Below are positions 48,416-48,541 of a stretch of 48,541 nucleotides of DNA, in pieces. Source of the stretch: Octopus bimaculoides (lineage: Eukaryota); NCBI RefSeq assembly GCF_001194135.2, contig NC_068981.1, positions 3,619,985 through 3,668,525 on the forward strand. The letters are read 5' to 3'. A program made the translations under genes and the position numbers. Every line of letters begins with the position of its first letter. Within the stretch, counting starts at the first letter, position 1. The notes under the pieces were generated by a model. It searched no databases and was not told the DNA's origin. It saw nothing but the letters and a program-made list of their open reading frames with translations.

Positions 48416-48541
48416 TATGTTTGACTTTTGTTTTGCATTTGTACAAGTTGGATCCAAGTCTCACCCAGAGACCTCAAGAGACAACAAGTTAGAAGTTCAT
48501 GTAGGTGTTATGCCTAGGGTACCATATATTTGGATTTGTAC

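Overview
AT-rich, repeat-saturated eukaryotic (animal) DNA, not prokaryotic: no operons, rRNA, true tRNA genes or CRISPR arrays. The SINE families, RTE tails and microsatellite density match what I recognise as Octopus-type (coleoid cephalopod) repeats; the taxon is inferred, not verified. About ten N-gaps, nearly all abutting microsatellites, produce the long X-filled ORFs in the track, which are artefacts. Content: (1) many copies of at least four tRNA-headed SINE families; (2) decayed non-LTR elements from several clades (RTE, RTE-X-like, BovB-like, R4/Dong-like, Penelope-like RT+GIY-YIG); (3) decayed Tc1 and mariner transposons, foldback/MITE-like elements and a probable Helitron-type non-autonomous element; (4) three minus-strand candidate exons (43037-43077, 40546-40653, 40254-40291) that splice in frame to the C-terminus of an unidentified protein. 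The most notable item is a head-to-head palindromic dimer (32063-32666) of a tRNA-headed SINE whose body carries a minimal, Penelope-type hammerhead ribozyme. RTE LINEs have also inserted four times at the same internal site of the commonest SINE family.
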